A program made the position numbers and the translations under genes. From NCBI GenBank assembly GCA_000934665.2, contig JYFJ02004086.1:1-34836 (forward strand): a DNA stretch of 34,836 nt, in the 5' to 3' direction. Shown one piece after another: positions 1-10,435 of this stretch. Positions within the stretch are counted from its first letter, which is position 1. Every line of letters begins with the position of its first letter. Source of the stretch: Catajapyx aquilonaris. Its lineage: Eukaryota. The notes under the pieces are model-generated. The model did not search any database. It was given only the letters and a program-made list of their open reading frames with translations, and was not told the DNA's origin.

Positions 1-863
1 TGTGCTCTATTCCTGTTGGAGAATTATCGTACCAAATTTCATTAACATTAAAAAATAGAGGGTGAAGTCCTTTGCATGATCTCTCATGGAATTGCCCAAA
101 TGTGAAATGTAGAATTCTGCAAAAGAGACAACACCATGAAAACATTAACTATTGTATATTGAAATTTTTATCAGATTTAAAATTGCCACATAAGTAATTG
201 TAACATGTTTAAATTTTAAATTTAATTTTGATGACAATAATTGGGAGTTTTAAAAGTCCCTTCATGTTGATAAAAATTAGTTTTTAATAAAATTGATGAG
301 CTTTCCCATTGTAAAATGTTATTTTAAGTATCGTAACATCATGCGTCCAAGCATTTCGCAATTGACTTACATATTAATTTTAATGAGTTTACATGGAAGT
401 CGAAAAAGTGGATCAAAAATATTTTTACGATAATAATAATTGCTCCACATTTCATCACTTCTGGTAGATTTTTAAGTTCAAAAAAATTCAGAATGTTTAC
501 ATCTCGTCTGCAAATCCATTCACTTTTCTTTTTCACTCTGTAATAGTTTTAAAAACAAAGTAAAAATGAAAATGACTGAACCAAAACATGTGTCTTGCAG
601 AATCCCTCTCTGACTTAGTTTACCTCCTCCAAAATATTTTTCCTCACAATGTGGCTCAAGTAGGATTTGTGAGCAAGTGAAAATAACATGACTGGCCTGT
701 CCATATCCCCAAAGGCATGTTGCTTAAATTTTTATGCATTGAATAAGCCTTCTAGAATCAAGACTAACAATAATAATGGAAAGACGGTAGCATGGATAGA
801 CATGCATGCATTTAGGAATCCTACTAGAAACATACAAGATGTAACTGCACATTGAAAGCTTAC

Positions 864-1061
864 AATATGTCTGTGTTGGTTTCAGTCCAGTTAGCTTGAC
901 TCTGTGGATGTACATGCTCCTCTTCTCACTCCCTCCATCAATAAACTCGACATACGACCCATTGTCTGTGCTCCCCAACTTGGGTGTAGTTCCATACTCA
1001 ACTATGGATCCGGTGGTCTTGTCGGCTGTTAACCATGTCACAACCATTTCTGTGGTGTCAT
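864..1061 (-). CDS. ACP7: Acid phosphatase type 7 (purple acid phosphatase), coding exon 2, N-terminal FN3-like domain; gene continues beyond the left edge
   Basis: Translates DTTEMVVTWLT...SIVEYG...FIDGGSEKRSMYIHRVKLTGLKPTQTY, typical of the metazoan ACP7/PAPL N-terminal domain. Acceptor ttttacag and donor T|GTAAG; 198 nt, phase 1 to phase 1. Confidence 0.9.
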
Positions 1062-1205
1062 CTGTAAAAGCAATTATCATAATGAATGTGGCGCAAGTGT
1101 TACTCAGCCACGTAACCATTCACTGAGGCTGAGTGGATCATTCTTGTAACCCACTCTCGTAATGAATCGGGGCACAAGCCACTTGTTTACACTACTGAAA
1201 CTTGC

Positions 1206-1299
1206 CTCCCATGGAAAGATGAACTTGCTCTGGTTGGTGCATCACAACGCCATTGGCGGGCCAACAAAGGGCCAGAATGGCTACAAGTATCCTCCACAT
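1206..1299 (-). CDS. ACP7: ACP7 coding exon 1 (signal peptide plus QPEQVHLS motif)
   Basis: MWRILVAILALCWPANGVVMHQPEQVHLSMG: hydrophobic signal peptide followed by the conserved PEQVHLS motif. Donor is AG|GCAAGT (GC-AG intron 1062-1205), in phase with the next exon. An acceptor (gttgcag|g) lies just before the ATG, implying an upstream non-coding exon. Confidence 0.88.
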
Positions 1300-1583
1300 C
1301 CTGCAACGATTGACCGCTTACTGAAACAATCTCACAGGATCGACCACATATTTAGCTTCAAGAGCATATGTGACAGATGAGATAACAGTATTGAAAATGC
1401 ACACTGACAAGCACGCTCTTGAAATAAAGCGATTACGTGAATGACCTTTAACAAGTCAAGTGCCCTGCAATCTAATGAATCTTTGGCTTCTAACCGTTCT
1501 ACTGATTAAGAAGAGCTGAGTTGATCGCACTTACTCTTTTCCCTCTCCCTTTGCACTTGCCAGTTGCTGTATATGCTATCCTA

Positions 1584-1593
1584 GTCACGTGAC
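1584..1593. promoter_or_regulatory. Perfect CLEAR/extended E-box GTCACGTGAC upstream of the ACP7 start codon
   Basis: Exact palindromic 10-mer matching the MiT/TFE (TFEB/Mitf) and USF site, about 285 bp upstream of the ACP7 ATG. Function is inferred. Confidence 0.4.
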
Positions 1594-1999
1594 GCCAGTG
1601 ACTAACAAGTCACGAGCCTTTTGCTTATTATGATCTTTGTGCTAACTCCCTTCCCCTCCTGCACCACCCTATCCTATCAGTCATCAGTTCATCACACTAT
1701 GGAGCCATCTGGAGCCACGAGTCCAGCAGCTTCACCAAGTCGGGCACTCCCCCTCCTGTTATATATGCTGTGATCCACCCACCCCCTCCACAATTGTCGC
1801 CTGCAGTAAACAAGTCAAGTGACACTCGGCCTCTCTTGATAACCAGTGGCATTCAGCGGTAAACAAAACTACAAAAGTCCAGTCAGATGACAGATGTTGA
1901 GTGCACTTGCCAAGGCTGACGCTAGGTGGTGCAAAAACAGTTATTTCCTTTGGTTATTTCCAAGGACATATGGAGGTAAATATTAGCTATTTGTGGCTC

Positions 2000-2416
2000 C
2001 AATGGGAGATGGGAGCGTACCAAACCGGCAAATTAGATTAAACTGTCAACGTCCCGGGCTGATTGAGTATTGGAGAATGTGGGTGAAATGTGAGTTGTGG
2101 GTACGTAGTATACTCGGGAGACCAGATAGAGGCTGCAATGTGTTGTACTGTTATGAGCTGTAACGGCTGTTACTTGATAAAAACAGCTAATATTTATTGA
2201 TCGAAGGAACGAATTGGTCCGATAGGTGGATCAGGATGGTTCGTTTTCTTGTTCAATAGTTAAAATGGCTGCGCTTACTGAGCAAATCGGAGCACATTCT
2301 AGTAGGACCTAGGACTGGTGTTCGAAGCGTGCAAGGTAACGCACTATAATGTACACTACGTACCTTTCCAGTATACCAATTTAAAATGATGTTGCCCCGC
2401 AGGTGACAAGCGGCAA
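2000..2416. promoter_or_regulatory. Probable CpG-rich bidirectional promoter region ACP7/YAE1
   Basis: Divergent ATGs at 1299 (-) and 2417 (+); local CpG retention; YY1-like AAAATGGCT at 2262-2270. Boundaries approximate. Confidence 0.45.
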
Positions 2417-2509
2417 ATGGACGACGTGTGGGACGAGGGCCAGGACGAGTTTGAGGCTGAAAGTGTGGAAAGGCAAACATGGGGAAAGCTGGCGTCCTCG
2501 TGGCAAAAG
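2417..2509 (+). CDS. YAE1: YAE1 homolog (ABCE1 maturation factor), coding exon 1
   Basis: MDDVWDEGQDEFEAESVERQTWGKLASSWQK; acidic N-terminus typical of Yae1; donor AAG|GTGCAG, phase 0, joins in frame to EGFREG. Confidence 0.8.
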
Positions 2510-2924
2510 GTGCAGTATGCTGAAAATAGATGAAGCGGCGTTGACATGTGAGCGATTTGATAGCCAAGCGATGATAACGCTAGAGTAACCAGTATTGTTG
2601 GAGGCGAAAATCGATTGTTACTTGCATCTCAAACAATATTGGTTACTTCGCTTGTGACGACTTCACTCGTTAAATTGCTCACATGTAAAATAATGCACCT
2701 TGAATGCTTTAATTCCTATATCCCAATTAGGCCACTTTCAATACCATTTCATACTGATTTACTGCACCAGTGTAATCAGGTGTATGCCTCAATGACATTA
2801 TTAGGAACTATCTCAATTAAAAAGGATCGTGCTAAACACCAATTCTCATTTGGAGATATGTAGTCTGCACTCTTTGCTGTTGATAGGTACATCATTGTGG
2901 TATACATGTATTTGTACATTTCAG

Positions 2925-3046
2925 GAAGGATTTCGTGAAGGTGTGGATGCAGGCAAGGAGCAGAAGCTTCAGGAGTCATTCAACAAAGGCTACAAGGATG
3001 GATTTGCTGAGATCTATCCTATTGCAAAATTGGAAGGAGCCCTTAG
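2925..3046 (+). CDS. YAE1: YAE1 coding exon 2 (Yae1_N GX3 repeat motif)
   Basis: EGFREGVDAGKEQKLQESFNKGYKDGF...KLEGAL matches the Yae1/Lto1 GxxxG repeat signature; acceptor tttcag, donor AG|GTAATG. Confidence 0.9.
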
Positions 3047-3191
3047 GTAATGGAAATGCTTTGTTGCCTTAGAACTGATTTGGCGATTTTTTGAGCCACA
3101 CATGCAGAATCAGTGATTTTTTTTTCGACTTTTTGAGGCTCAACTTGCTAACATACCAAATCCAGTTCTGTTACAATTATTTCCTTTCTAG

Positions 3192-3420
3192 TGCAATCTT
3201 GCTGAGGCCAGAGGTGGCCTCAGATGATGGCGTAAAATGGTTGTGTCAACATGTGAAAACTTTCAAGTCCAAATGGAAGGCATCAACAGTTGAAAGTGCA
3301 CACGTGCCAACAGTGGATCCTGAAAAAAGGATTGCAGAAGAACAATATATAGCACTGAAAACTAAATCTTTAGCAGTTCTTAAAATTCATGGTGTAGATA
3401 AACCAACTTTTTTTCTTTAA
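3192..3420 (+). CDS. YAE1: YAE1 final coding exon
   Basis: Acceptor ttcctttctag, phase 2 matches the previous donor; reads (S)AILLRPEV...GVDKPTFFL to TAA at 3418-3420. Total protein about 147 aa. Confidence 0.75.
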
Positions 3421-3447
3421 TGATCTTATGTAGGCCTGCTATTTATA

Positions 3448-3784
3448 ATATATAATAATAATAATAATAATTGTTGGGTTAGTGCTCACCCAGAGGGTAT
3501 TTGCACGGACCTTTATTTCAATCGAAGTATACATGGTGCCATATTCGAAGCGCCCGGGCCCACGGGCAGGATGACAGGAGGGGATGTGAAAGTGCAGTGC
3601 AATAACGGTGCTTGGTCGTTTTGTGAACTCCCCCGGGTGGTTTAGTCTGTGGATATACCACCCGAAACGAAGCCAGAGACGACCCCAGAACTCTGCACGA
3701 GATGAAGGGGATGTCCCCGGGCTGGGATCGAACCCGGGACCTTAACATCCGTGGGCGTTACCGCGGCGCCACTCCGTCTCCCCT
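3448..3784 (-). mobile_element. tRNA-derived SINE, family A
   Basis: Minus-strand B box GGTTCGATCCC, degenerate A box, (ATT)n tail, 14-bp TSD GCCTGCTATTTATA at 3434-3447 and 3785-3798; clearly homologous to the copy at 8066-8416. Confidence 0.9.
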
Positions 3785-4901
3785 GCCTGCTATTTATACA
3801 AATCTTGACTGTGTGAGTTCAAGTAAGGAGGAAGTGTCTTTTCATCATGAGAAGCAGGAAGGAGAACTGAGGGAGAAGATGGCCCTTTCTTGCTGCCTGC
3901 TAGTTTTAGACATTGAAAGCTGTGTATAGCATTATCGCATGGGACCCTAAAATAAATTCAGTTCAAGGCCGTTACTGGTATTTTTTCCAGCCACCCATTT
4001 GAAACACTAAATTTTCCCACACCAAGTTTTTGGGCTATTAATTTTGCCTGTTGCTGGCAGCTAGGATTTGGGGAGTGGCAGGACTCAACTGGGGGATGGC
4101 CCCTAATAGCAGGTGCCTGGTGTTGCCAGGAGCCATTCTGCCAATGCTGCTGTTCAGATCAGAGGTGTGGGGACAACAAACCACTGACAGGCGCATCCGG
4201 TTCAGGCAGCCATTCGGCCACTTCTCCTGGTTCCCATTCGCACGACGCCATGTTTGGTGGGTCCCAAGAGCGGCCTTTAGCCTTAGTAGTACAGATCTTC
4301 CAATAATTGTAACCTTGATTGTTAATGGTAATGGACGGGACATCTCAAAATGTCCCATCCATTACCATGGAATTGTCCAGTCCATCACCTATTTTGGTCG
4401 AAAACTTGAGGACCTAGAAACTAAAATTTGTGTGTGTGTGATGCAAATCATGACTTTTCAGACCCAAGAAAAATTATCACAAATTCAGTATCAGTGTCTA
4501 AAAAAGAAATTTGTTGGTTTTTGGGTAATGGACAGGACACAAAAACCTCAGTTTTCCAATCAGTCACTGGTCACCCATTTACAAAACAATAAGATCATAA
4601 CTTACCCAGTCAATTCCTGTAGTGATATAGGTGATTGTTCAGCACAACTTCTCACTCCTAACACTTGCTGCAGACTGGCAATTAAATACTCTTTCTACTC
4701 TTAATTATGTTCTGCCTAGCATCAAGAGGAATGAATGTCTTTTCAGGACTTGTAAAACACTGACCAAGTTTTCCTTCCAATTTCTTTCGTGCAAAACATA
4801 AAATTCGAAACTGTTCAAGTTTAAAATGACAAGGAGAAAAATTGCTTTTTAAACTTTCACTTGTCACCAAAATGTCCCTTTCCACGTGGAATGACCCATA
4901 T

Positions 4902-6103
4902 GTTACCAGTGAGAAATGCAGGCATTCTATAGAATGCCTGTTTTTTTTTTTTTGCCAAAGTACATAATGTCTGTGTTATTACATACTTTGCCTAGGCATT
5001 ATATTGTAAGAAATGCCTAAAGGCAAACTGGCAAAGTATAGCATACTCCACCCAGTGATGCTTGGGTCCTTGTTCGGCTGTGGCCAAGCACAACAACTGG
5101 CTGCCGGTCCATTCGCTGCCACATCATTTCACTGCGGTCAAATTGGCTGATGCGTTTTGGTTGCTGATTAAATTGGCTGGGGGCTGGTCAGGGAGGCGCG
5201 GTGGCTGAGTCGGCAATGACTCAGCTTGCTGAATGAAAGGTCCCAGGTTCGATCCCCACCAGGGTGCTTCCTTCCGCCTGCGTCAGGAGGGTCTCTGACC
5301 GTGCCTTGGAGGTGTGTGGCAACTTAGCCTCCAGGATTGCACTTGCACCTGTCTCTCCTCCCCAAAAATTCCCATCTTTACCCCGTTTCCCTTCTTCCCT
5401 GCACCGGTGTCAAAGAAAAATTAGAAAACTGATGAAAAATGGTGGTGTTCCACCCCCCAAAAAGAGCTGTTCTCTATCATGGGGTATTTTTATTTTATTT
5501 TTTATTTTTTTTAAAAAAAGGGCTGTGGTCACAGTTGCTGGATAAAATGGTTGCCAAGGGAGACACATCCTCTGTGCATCACCAAATCGTTCGAAATGAC
5601 AAATTGATCGAACATGAGAGCACAATTAATGATAAATCAGCTCGAGCTTGGGAGTTTCCCATAGCCACAATAACATTTGTTGGCCTGCGGTGCCAAAAGA
5701 TGGACAGCAATGTTGTGGATACACAACCCACAATAAGCGCCCAGCTTGCTAATGCTCGCAGTTGACTAAAATCATCATGCAATGTGAAGTACCATGCCTG
5801 CAGGGCCATAACATGGACAATACTGGTGCTGTCACCCCAAAGCCATACAGGTGACACAAACACAACAGGCACACAACACAAAGTGGCAGCAGCAAAATGA
5901 CTCAGCAGCGAATTGACTGGCACGCTGTTGTCGTGCTTGGCCACCGCCAAACAAGGATGCACATGTCAGTGGCGGGCGTATTCTATACTTTGCGGTTTTC
6001 CTTTAAGCATTCCATAGAATGTCGAGGCAATGTGTGAAATATTAAGCATTTCCTACTTTTTAGGCATTTTATAGAATGCTGGATTTCATACATTGCCAGT
6101 AAC
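4902..6103. mobile_element. Degenerate foldback/MITE with long imperfect inverted arms and ATAT target duplication (Sola-like TSD)
   Basis: ATAT|GTTAC...GTAAC|ATAT. Arms of about 220 bp align in inverted orientation (e.g. GCAAAGTATAG at 5031 vs CTATACTTTGC ending 5992; TCCTTGTTCGGCTGTGGCCAAGCAC at 5067 vs its inverse at 5933-5957). Superfamily is tentative. Confidence 0.65.
5191..5519 (+). mobile_element. tRNA-derived SINE, family C-like, nested in the foldback element
   Basis: A box TGGCTGAGTCGG (5202-5213), B box GGTTCGATCCC (5246-5256), AT-rich tail; 3' part shared with the SINE at 25568-26021; imperfect TSD GGGCTGGTCA / GGGCTGTGGTCA. Confidence 0.8.
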
Positions 6104-6177
6104 ATATACAAGTATGTATAATAAAAAACGAAAAAATTTTATTAACATACTAAAATATTGTGACATTGTATTGTATA

Positions 6178-6916
6178 CAGGTAGTCCCTGGTTTATGAAC
6201 AACCTGCCTTACAGCGATCCGTATTTACTAATGGGCTCCCAAGGCTCCATGGAAGGAAATTTTTAAATTATTCCTCCACTTTTAATCACCTCTGCGTACT
6301 TTGATTGACACCAAGTTCAGCATAAATACTGTATAATAAATAAATAAATGGGAAACTATGTTCTTCGTGCATGTAAACAGACACATGTGACGTTAACGGT
6401 TCGTTGGAGCAGAATCTTTATGCTGCATACAGGGTGGTCCAACTTCAAGTGTCGTTTTATAACGGCGATTAATACCAGTGACTTTGCGATGGCGTAGCAG
6501 CGACGTGTAAAATGTCCCATTTCGGCGCCATCGAAAATATTAGCTGCCAATAGCAGCACACATGTAATCAACCCTGCTGCTGGGTTGACCTGGAAAAAAG
6601 GAGGTGCACACATGACCTGCGATGCGCCTGGGTGAAATGGGTGACGCCCAAGGCACCAGGTGGACCATGGACCTGTAATGCAAGGGGGAAGCCTGCAAAC
6701 GAAACACAGCTAATATTTTCGATGGTGCCGAAGCGGGCCATTTTGCACGTCTCTGCTACGTCAATCGTAAAGCGCTATTAAAAGCCGTTATAAAACGACA
6801 CTTGAAGTTGGACCACCCTGTATATGCGCTGTTCCTCAGGGATCCGAGTTACATACAAATCTGACTTATGGGCATTTCCAGGAACGTAGCCCTCTTCGTA
6901 GACCGGGGACTACCTG
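6178..6916. mobile_element. Tc1/mariner-superfamily (pogo/Tigger-like) MITE
   Basis: TA|CAGGTAGTCCC...GGGACTACCTG|TA; TA target duplication; no ORF. Confidence 0.8.
6430..6820. mobile_element. Mariner-like MITE with about 115-bp TIRs, nested in the previous MITE
   Basis: TA|CAGGGTGGTCCAACTTCAAGTGTCGTTTTATAACGGC and exact inverse ending 6820|TA; arms about 6430-6546 and 6707-6820. Confidence 0.9.
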
Positions 6917-7492
6917 TAATTGTTTTTCGTGTATATTCTGGTGGGGTAACTCCCCCCTCCTACGAGCTTTGCTCAACAGGGGTGTAAATAAATAAAATAA
7001 ATAAAACTATTGACTGATAATAATTGGTCAGTGCCCTAAAAAAAATTGTTGCCCCATGGTATGAAATGCACATCAAAAAATCATCATCATACTTTTATCA
7101 AAGCTAACTCTTATCATGAAGTGATAATGCTGTAAGTCAAATCTGATTGAACGTAGGGGAGCAAGGAATAAATATACCATTCTAGGCCAGTGATGAGGTT
7201 TTGATTTCTGAAATGTACAACATGAGGTACACTGTTGGACATTAATCGAGGCATACTGCCAGTGACATTTTCTGAAGCGGCAGAAGAAGGACTAGAAGAC
7301 AAGGATACTGCAAGCCAGGCGAGCAAGATTCCTTCTTCTGCCAATTCGGAAAATGTCGCTGGAAGTATGCCTCGATCAATGTCCAACAGTGTACCTCATG
7401 TTGTACATTTCAGAAATTAAAACCTAATCACTGGCCTAGAATGGTATATTTATTCCTTGCTCCCCTATGTTCAATCAGATTTGACTTACAGC

Positions 7493-8528
7493 CAAAGGTG
7501 GGCATTAGCGCCTCCAATCAGCTAACAGCTAATAGCTGAACGAGCTTTTTGTTAGCTGATTAGCTGTTTTCTCTTGCTTTTCAGGCTGCTAGCCGACTAA
7601 TTAGCTCCCACTAAATTAGTGCCGCACTGCAGCTAAATAAATTCAGCTAACAAAATTCATTCGTGTTCCTGTCTCGCTGTCTGTTCCTTTTTAAAGTTGC
7701 ATTGTTTCCACTCCAGGCAGGGATTAAAATAGTTCAGTTTTACAGGGCTAGGTTTGTCAATTCTCTGTCTACCTGGCCAAAACTTATTTTCCAATCACTT
7801 CGGCGCATTATATTATAGCTACCAGTTTTTTAAATATAAATTTTGCCTTGCCTGTCTTTGTAGCTTTCTTCTGAGACAAATAAGCGCTTTTCCTCTTTGG
7901 ATTTGTTTATTACTTTTTGTACGGAACAGTAGCCTAAATAACTAAATAAGGCGTACGTGTAGCAATGCTCTCTAGGCTTTATCAGCTTAGGTCTGTTTTT
8001 TAAGGGTCATGGAGCAAAAAAAAAAGGAAGTTAGCTGTTAGCATTAGCTTTAACTAATTTTCTAGGGAGGCGAAGTGGCGCAACGGTAACGTTCGCGCCC
8101 ACGGATGTTAATGTCCCGGGTTCGATCCCGGCCCGGGGACACCCCCTTCATCTCGTGCAGAGTAAAGTGTCGTCTCTGACTTCGTCTCGGGTGGAATATC
8201 CGTAGACTAATCCACCTGGGGGAGCTCACAAAACGGTCACATGCGGACAAGGCACTGCACTTGCACATCCCCTCCTGTCATCCCTTCCTGCCCGTGGGCC
8301 CGGGCGCTGTATAAGTAGGATCCAGTTGTAACTGACAATTAATAATAAAGGTCCGGCAAAACCCCAATAGGGGTACGCCTACACCCAATTATTATTATTA
8401 ATTATTATTATTATTATTAACTAATTTTCTAGCCATTTAGCATTAGCTATTTAGCAAATCCAATTTTTTGTAGTTATCTGATCAGCTGTTAGAGAAGGTG
8501 ATTTTTCGGTTAGCTGTGCCCACCTTTG
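7493..8528. mobile_element. hAT-family MITE
   Basis: 12-bp TIR CAAAGGTGGGCA / TGCCCACCTTTG, 8-bp TSD CTTACAGC (7485-7492, 8529-8536), many subterminal TTAGC/GCTAA repeats. Confidence 0.92.
8066..8416 (+). mobile_element. tRNA-derived SINE, family A, nested in the hAT MITE
   Basis: A box TGGCGCAACGG, B box GGTTCGATCCC, (ATT)n tail, 16-bp TSD TTAACTAATTTTCTAG at 8050-8065 and 8417-8432. Confidence 0.92.
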
Positions 8529-8950
8529 CTTACAGCATTATCACTTCATGATATGAGTTAGCTTTGATAAAAGTATGATGATGATTTTTTATGTGCATTT
8601 CATACCATGGGGCAACAATTTTTTTTAGGGCACTGACCAATTATTATCAGTCAATATTTTTATTTATTTTATTTATTTACACCCCTGCTGAGCAAAGCTG
8701 TCATGACCGGAGGGACATCAGGTAAGCTCACGCGAAAAGAGGGCAACTGACTGGGGCTGGGAGGGAGGTTGGAGCTATCCCAAGGCAGTGACATCACACT
8801 TGCTTTGCTGTCTGGGCTGCAATATCCATGGGTGGGTGTATGAATACAACCCTTCCAACACCTGCCTTTTCATGTCCAGCTGCTGAAATCACTGTCAAAT
8901 AGACACCCAGTAGTGACATTTTGGCTTCCACAATATTTATTTAACAATGC

Positions 8951-9216
8951 GAGGGCGACACGGTGGCCGAGTGGTTAACGCTGCAGCCTTCCACCTCTAA
9001 GGTCCCGAGTTCGATCCCCGGGTCGGACGGAGGATACTTATGTGGATAGAGTTTCGATGGGTTCTCTCCGTGTTCGCGTGGGTTTTCTCGGGGTTCTCCC
9101 GTTTCCTCCCACTATCAAAATCCATCACATTACAGGCAAATGATTAAAGTCGGTAATTCAAAAGATGATCCCCTAAGAGGCCCAAGGGGCCTGTCACGGG
9201 GTATCCATTATTATTA
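8951..9216 (+). mobile_element. tRNA-derived SINE, family B, with V-domain-like core
   Basis: A box TGGCCGAGTGG, B box AGTTCGATCCC, core GTTCTCTCCGTGTTCGCGTGGGTTTTCTCGGGGTTCTCCCGTTTCCTCCCAC, (ATT)n tail, TSD TTATTTAACAATGC at 8937-8950 and 9217-9230; second copy at 21331-21581. Confidence 0.9.
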
Positions 9217-9522
9217 TTATTTAACAATGCTGTGATGGAATTACTTTTATTCAAATAATCCCAGGCTGTTTGACTAGTGTGAAAAGTTTCATATATTTAC
9301 ACAACTTGAGGTGGTACCCCATTCAAAGAGCTCCCCAACCTAACTGTAGCAGAGGGTGAGAGACAAGAGCTAAGTTGATTGCATGTACTAGATTCTAGGA
9401 AATTTTGCAGGGGAATCATGCTATGGTTTCTTTCATTAGGCAATAAGTTTTTAAGGCGCCTGAACTATTATGCGTACAGCATATATCAAAAATAACAGGT
9501 AGGTGTTTCGCCCTCCTTCTAA

Positions 9523-9763
9523 AGCCTATTTCACAAATCGACATAGTAGCATTTGTAACACGCGATAGGAATTTTTCACACCACTTGTGACCTCATTTTT
9601 TGTCACCACGAAGCAAATCGCGGCGACTGAGGCAAGATCTGGCTGCCTTGAAGCTTGTCGCTCTGGAGCTTGGTCAGCTGCGACAAAAACTGACATCACT
9701 AGTGGTGTGAAAAATTCCTGTCATGCAGTTACAATGCTGCGATGTCGATTTGTGAAATAGGCT
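9523..9763. mobile_element. MITE, PIF/Harbinger-like
   Basis: TIR AGCCTATTTCACAAATCGACAT and its exact inverse; imperfect arms extend about 80 bp; flanks TAA/TAC (imperfect 3-bp TSD). Confidence 0.75.
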
Positions 9764-9840
9764 TACGTATCTCTTAGCAGCCTGCTTGTGCTAGGCAGTA
9801 TTCTGGCAAAGGCTTTCTCATGGGTTAACAACCCAGTTAA

Positions 9841-10435
9841 GAGGGCCGGGTACCTGGCGTTCACGCCACTTTTCAGGCAAAGCGAGGAGAAAAACGGGTG
9901 CGGATTCATCGTCTTCGTTCGACATATCCTCGCTCCTATGGGAGGTACGGACATGCGGTTTTTTGCGTTGCACGGAGGGATGACCGGCGCTGCCTCCGGT
10001 CTTGGTCCGGTCCGGATCGGCCCACAAACACCGCATCTGGGATGGGAAACGCATTTGCCACAGGGGCGTCGAGTCGGAGGACGAAATTCAAAAAAGGAGC
10101 TTGTAGGTCCATAGGCCCACTGTCTATGTCTCTGCTGACGATTTTTGGGTGCGCCGGGACTTTTTTTGTGGACGTGAGGCTGCACGAAACGAGACCCTAA
10201 GGACACAGACACAGCGGACAGAACGAGAGAAGAACAGAGCGGCAACACGGCGCCCGTTGCCCCCCAACTCCCACCCAAGGACGGGGGTGTGGGTGGGACG
10301 GGGTGCAACGCAAAAAACCGCATGTCCGTACCTCCCATAGGAGCGAGGATATGTCGAACGAAGACGATGAATCCGCACCCGTTTTTCTCCTCGCTTTGCC
10401 TGAAAAGTGGCGCGAACGCCAGGTACCCGGCCCTC
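9841..10435. mobile_element. Young GC-rich MITE with 133-bp TIRs and TTAA TSD (Kolobok-like)
   Basis: TTAA|GAGGGCCGGG...CCCGGCCCTC|TTAA; TIRs 9841-9973 and 10303-10435 differ at one position by eye. Purine-purine termini with TTAA fit Kolobok rather than piggyBac (CCC). Confidence 0.88.

Larger units (their letters stand above)
6965..8699. mobile_element. Long palindromic (foldback) element, arms about 325 bp with 38-bp spacer, right arm interrupted by a hAT MITE
   Basis: Left arm 6965-7291 is the near-exact reverse complement of 7330-7492 joined to 8537-8699. No clear TSD, so superfamily is unresolved. Confidence 0.85.

Noticed and set aside
1918..1933. CTCF-like motif CGCTAGGTGGTGC (another near 33938)
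   Set aside because: Single imperfect matches are expected by chance in 35 kb.
4051..4704. 217-aa ORF
   Set aside because: No recognisable domain, non-ATG start, overlaps degenerate repeat sequence; most likely a chance ORF.
7114..7420. Mirror-image ORFs in the long palindrome
   Set aside because: Produced by the inverted repeat; short and with no identifiable homology.
8066..8140. tRNA-like sequences here and at about 3710-3784, 5191, 8951, 21510-21581 and 25950-26021
   Set aside because: Heads of SINEs: followed by SINE bodies, simple-repeat tails and TSDs, without clean cloverleaf pairing.
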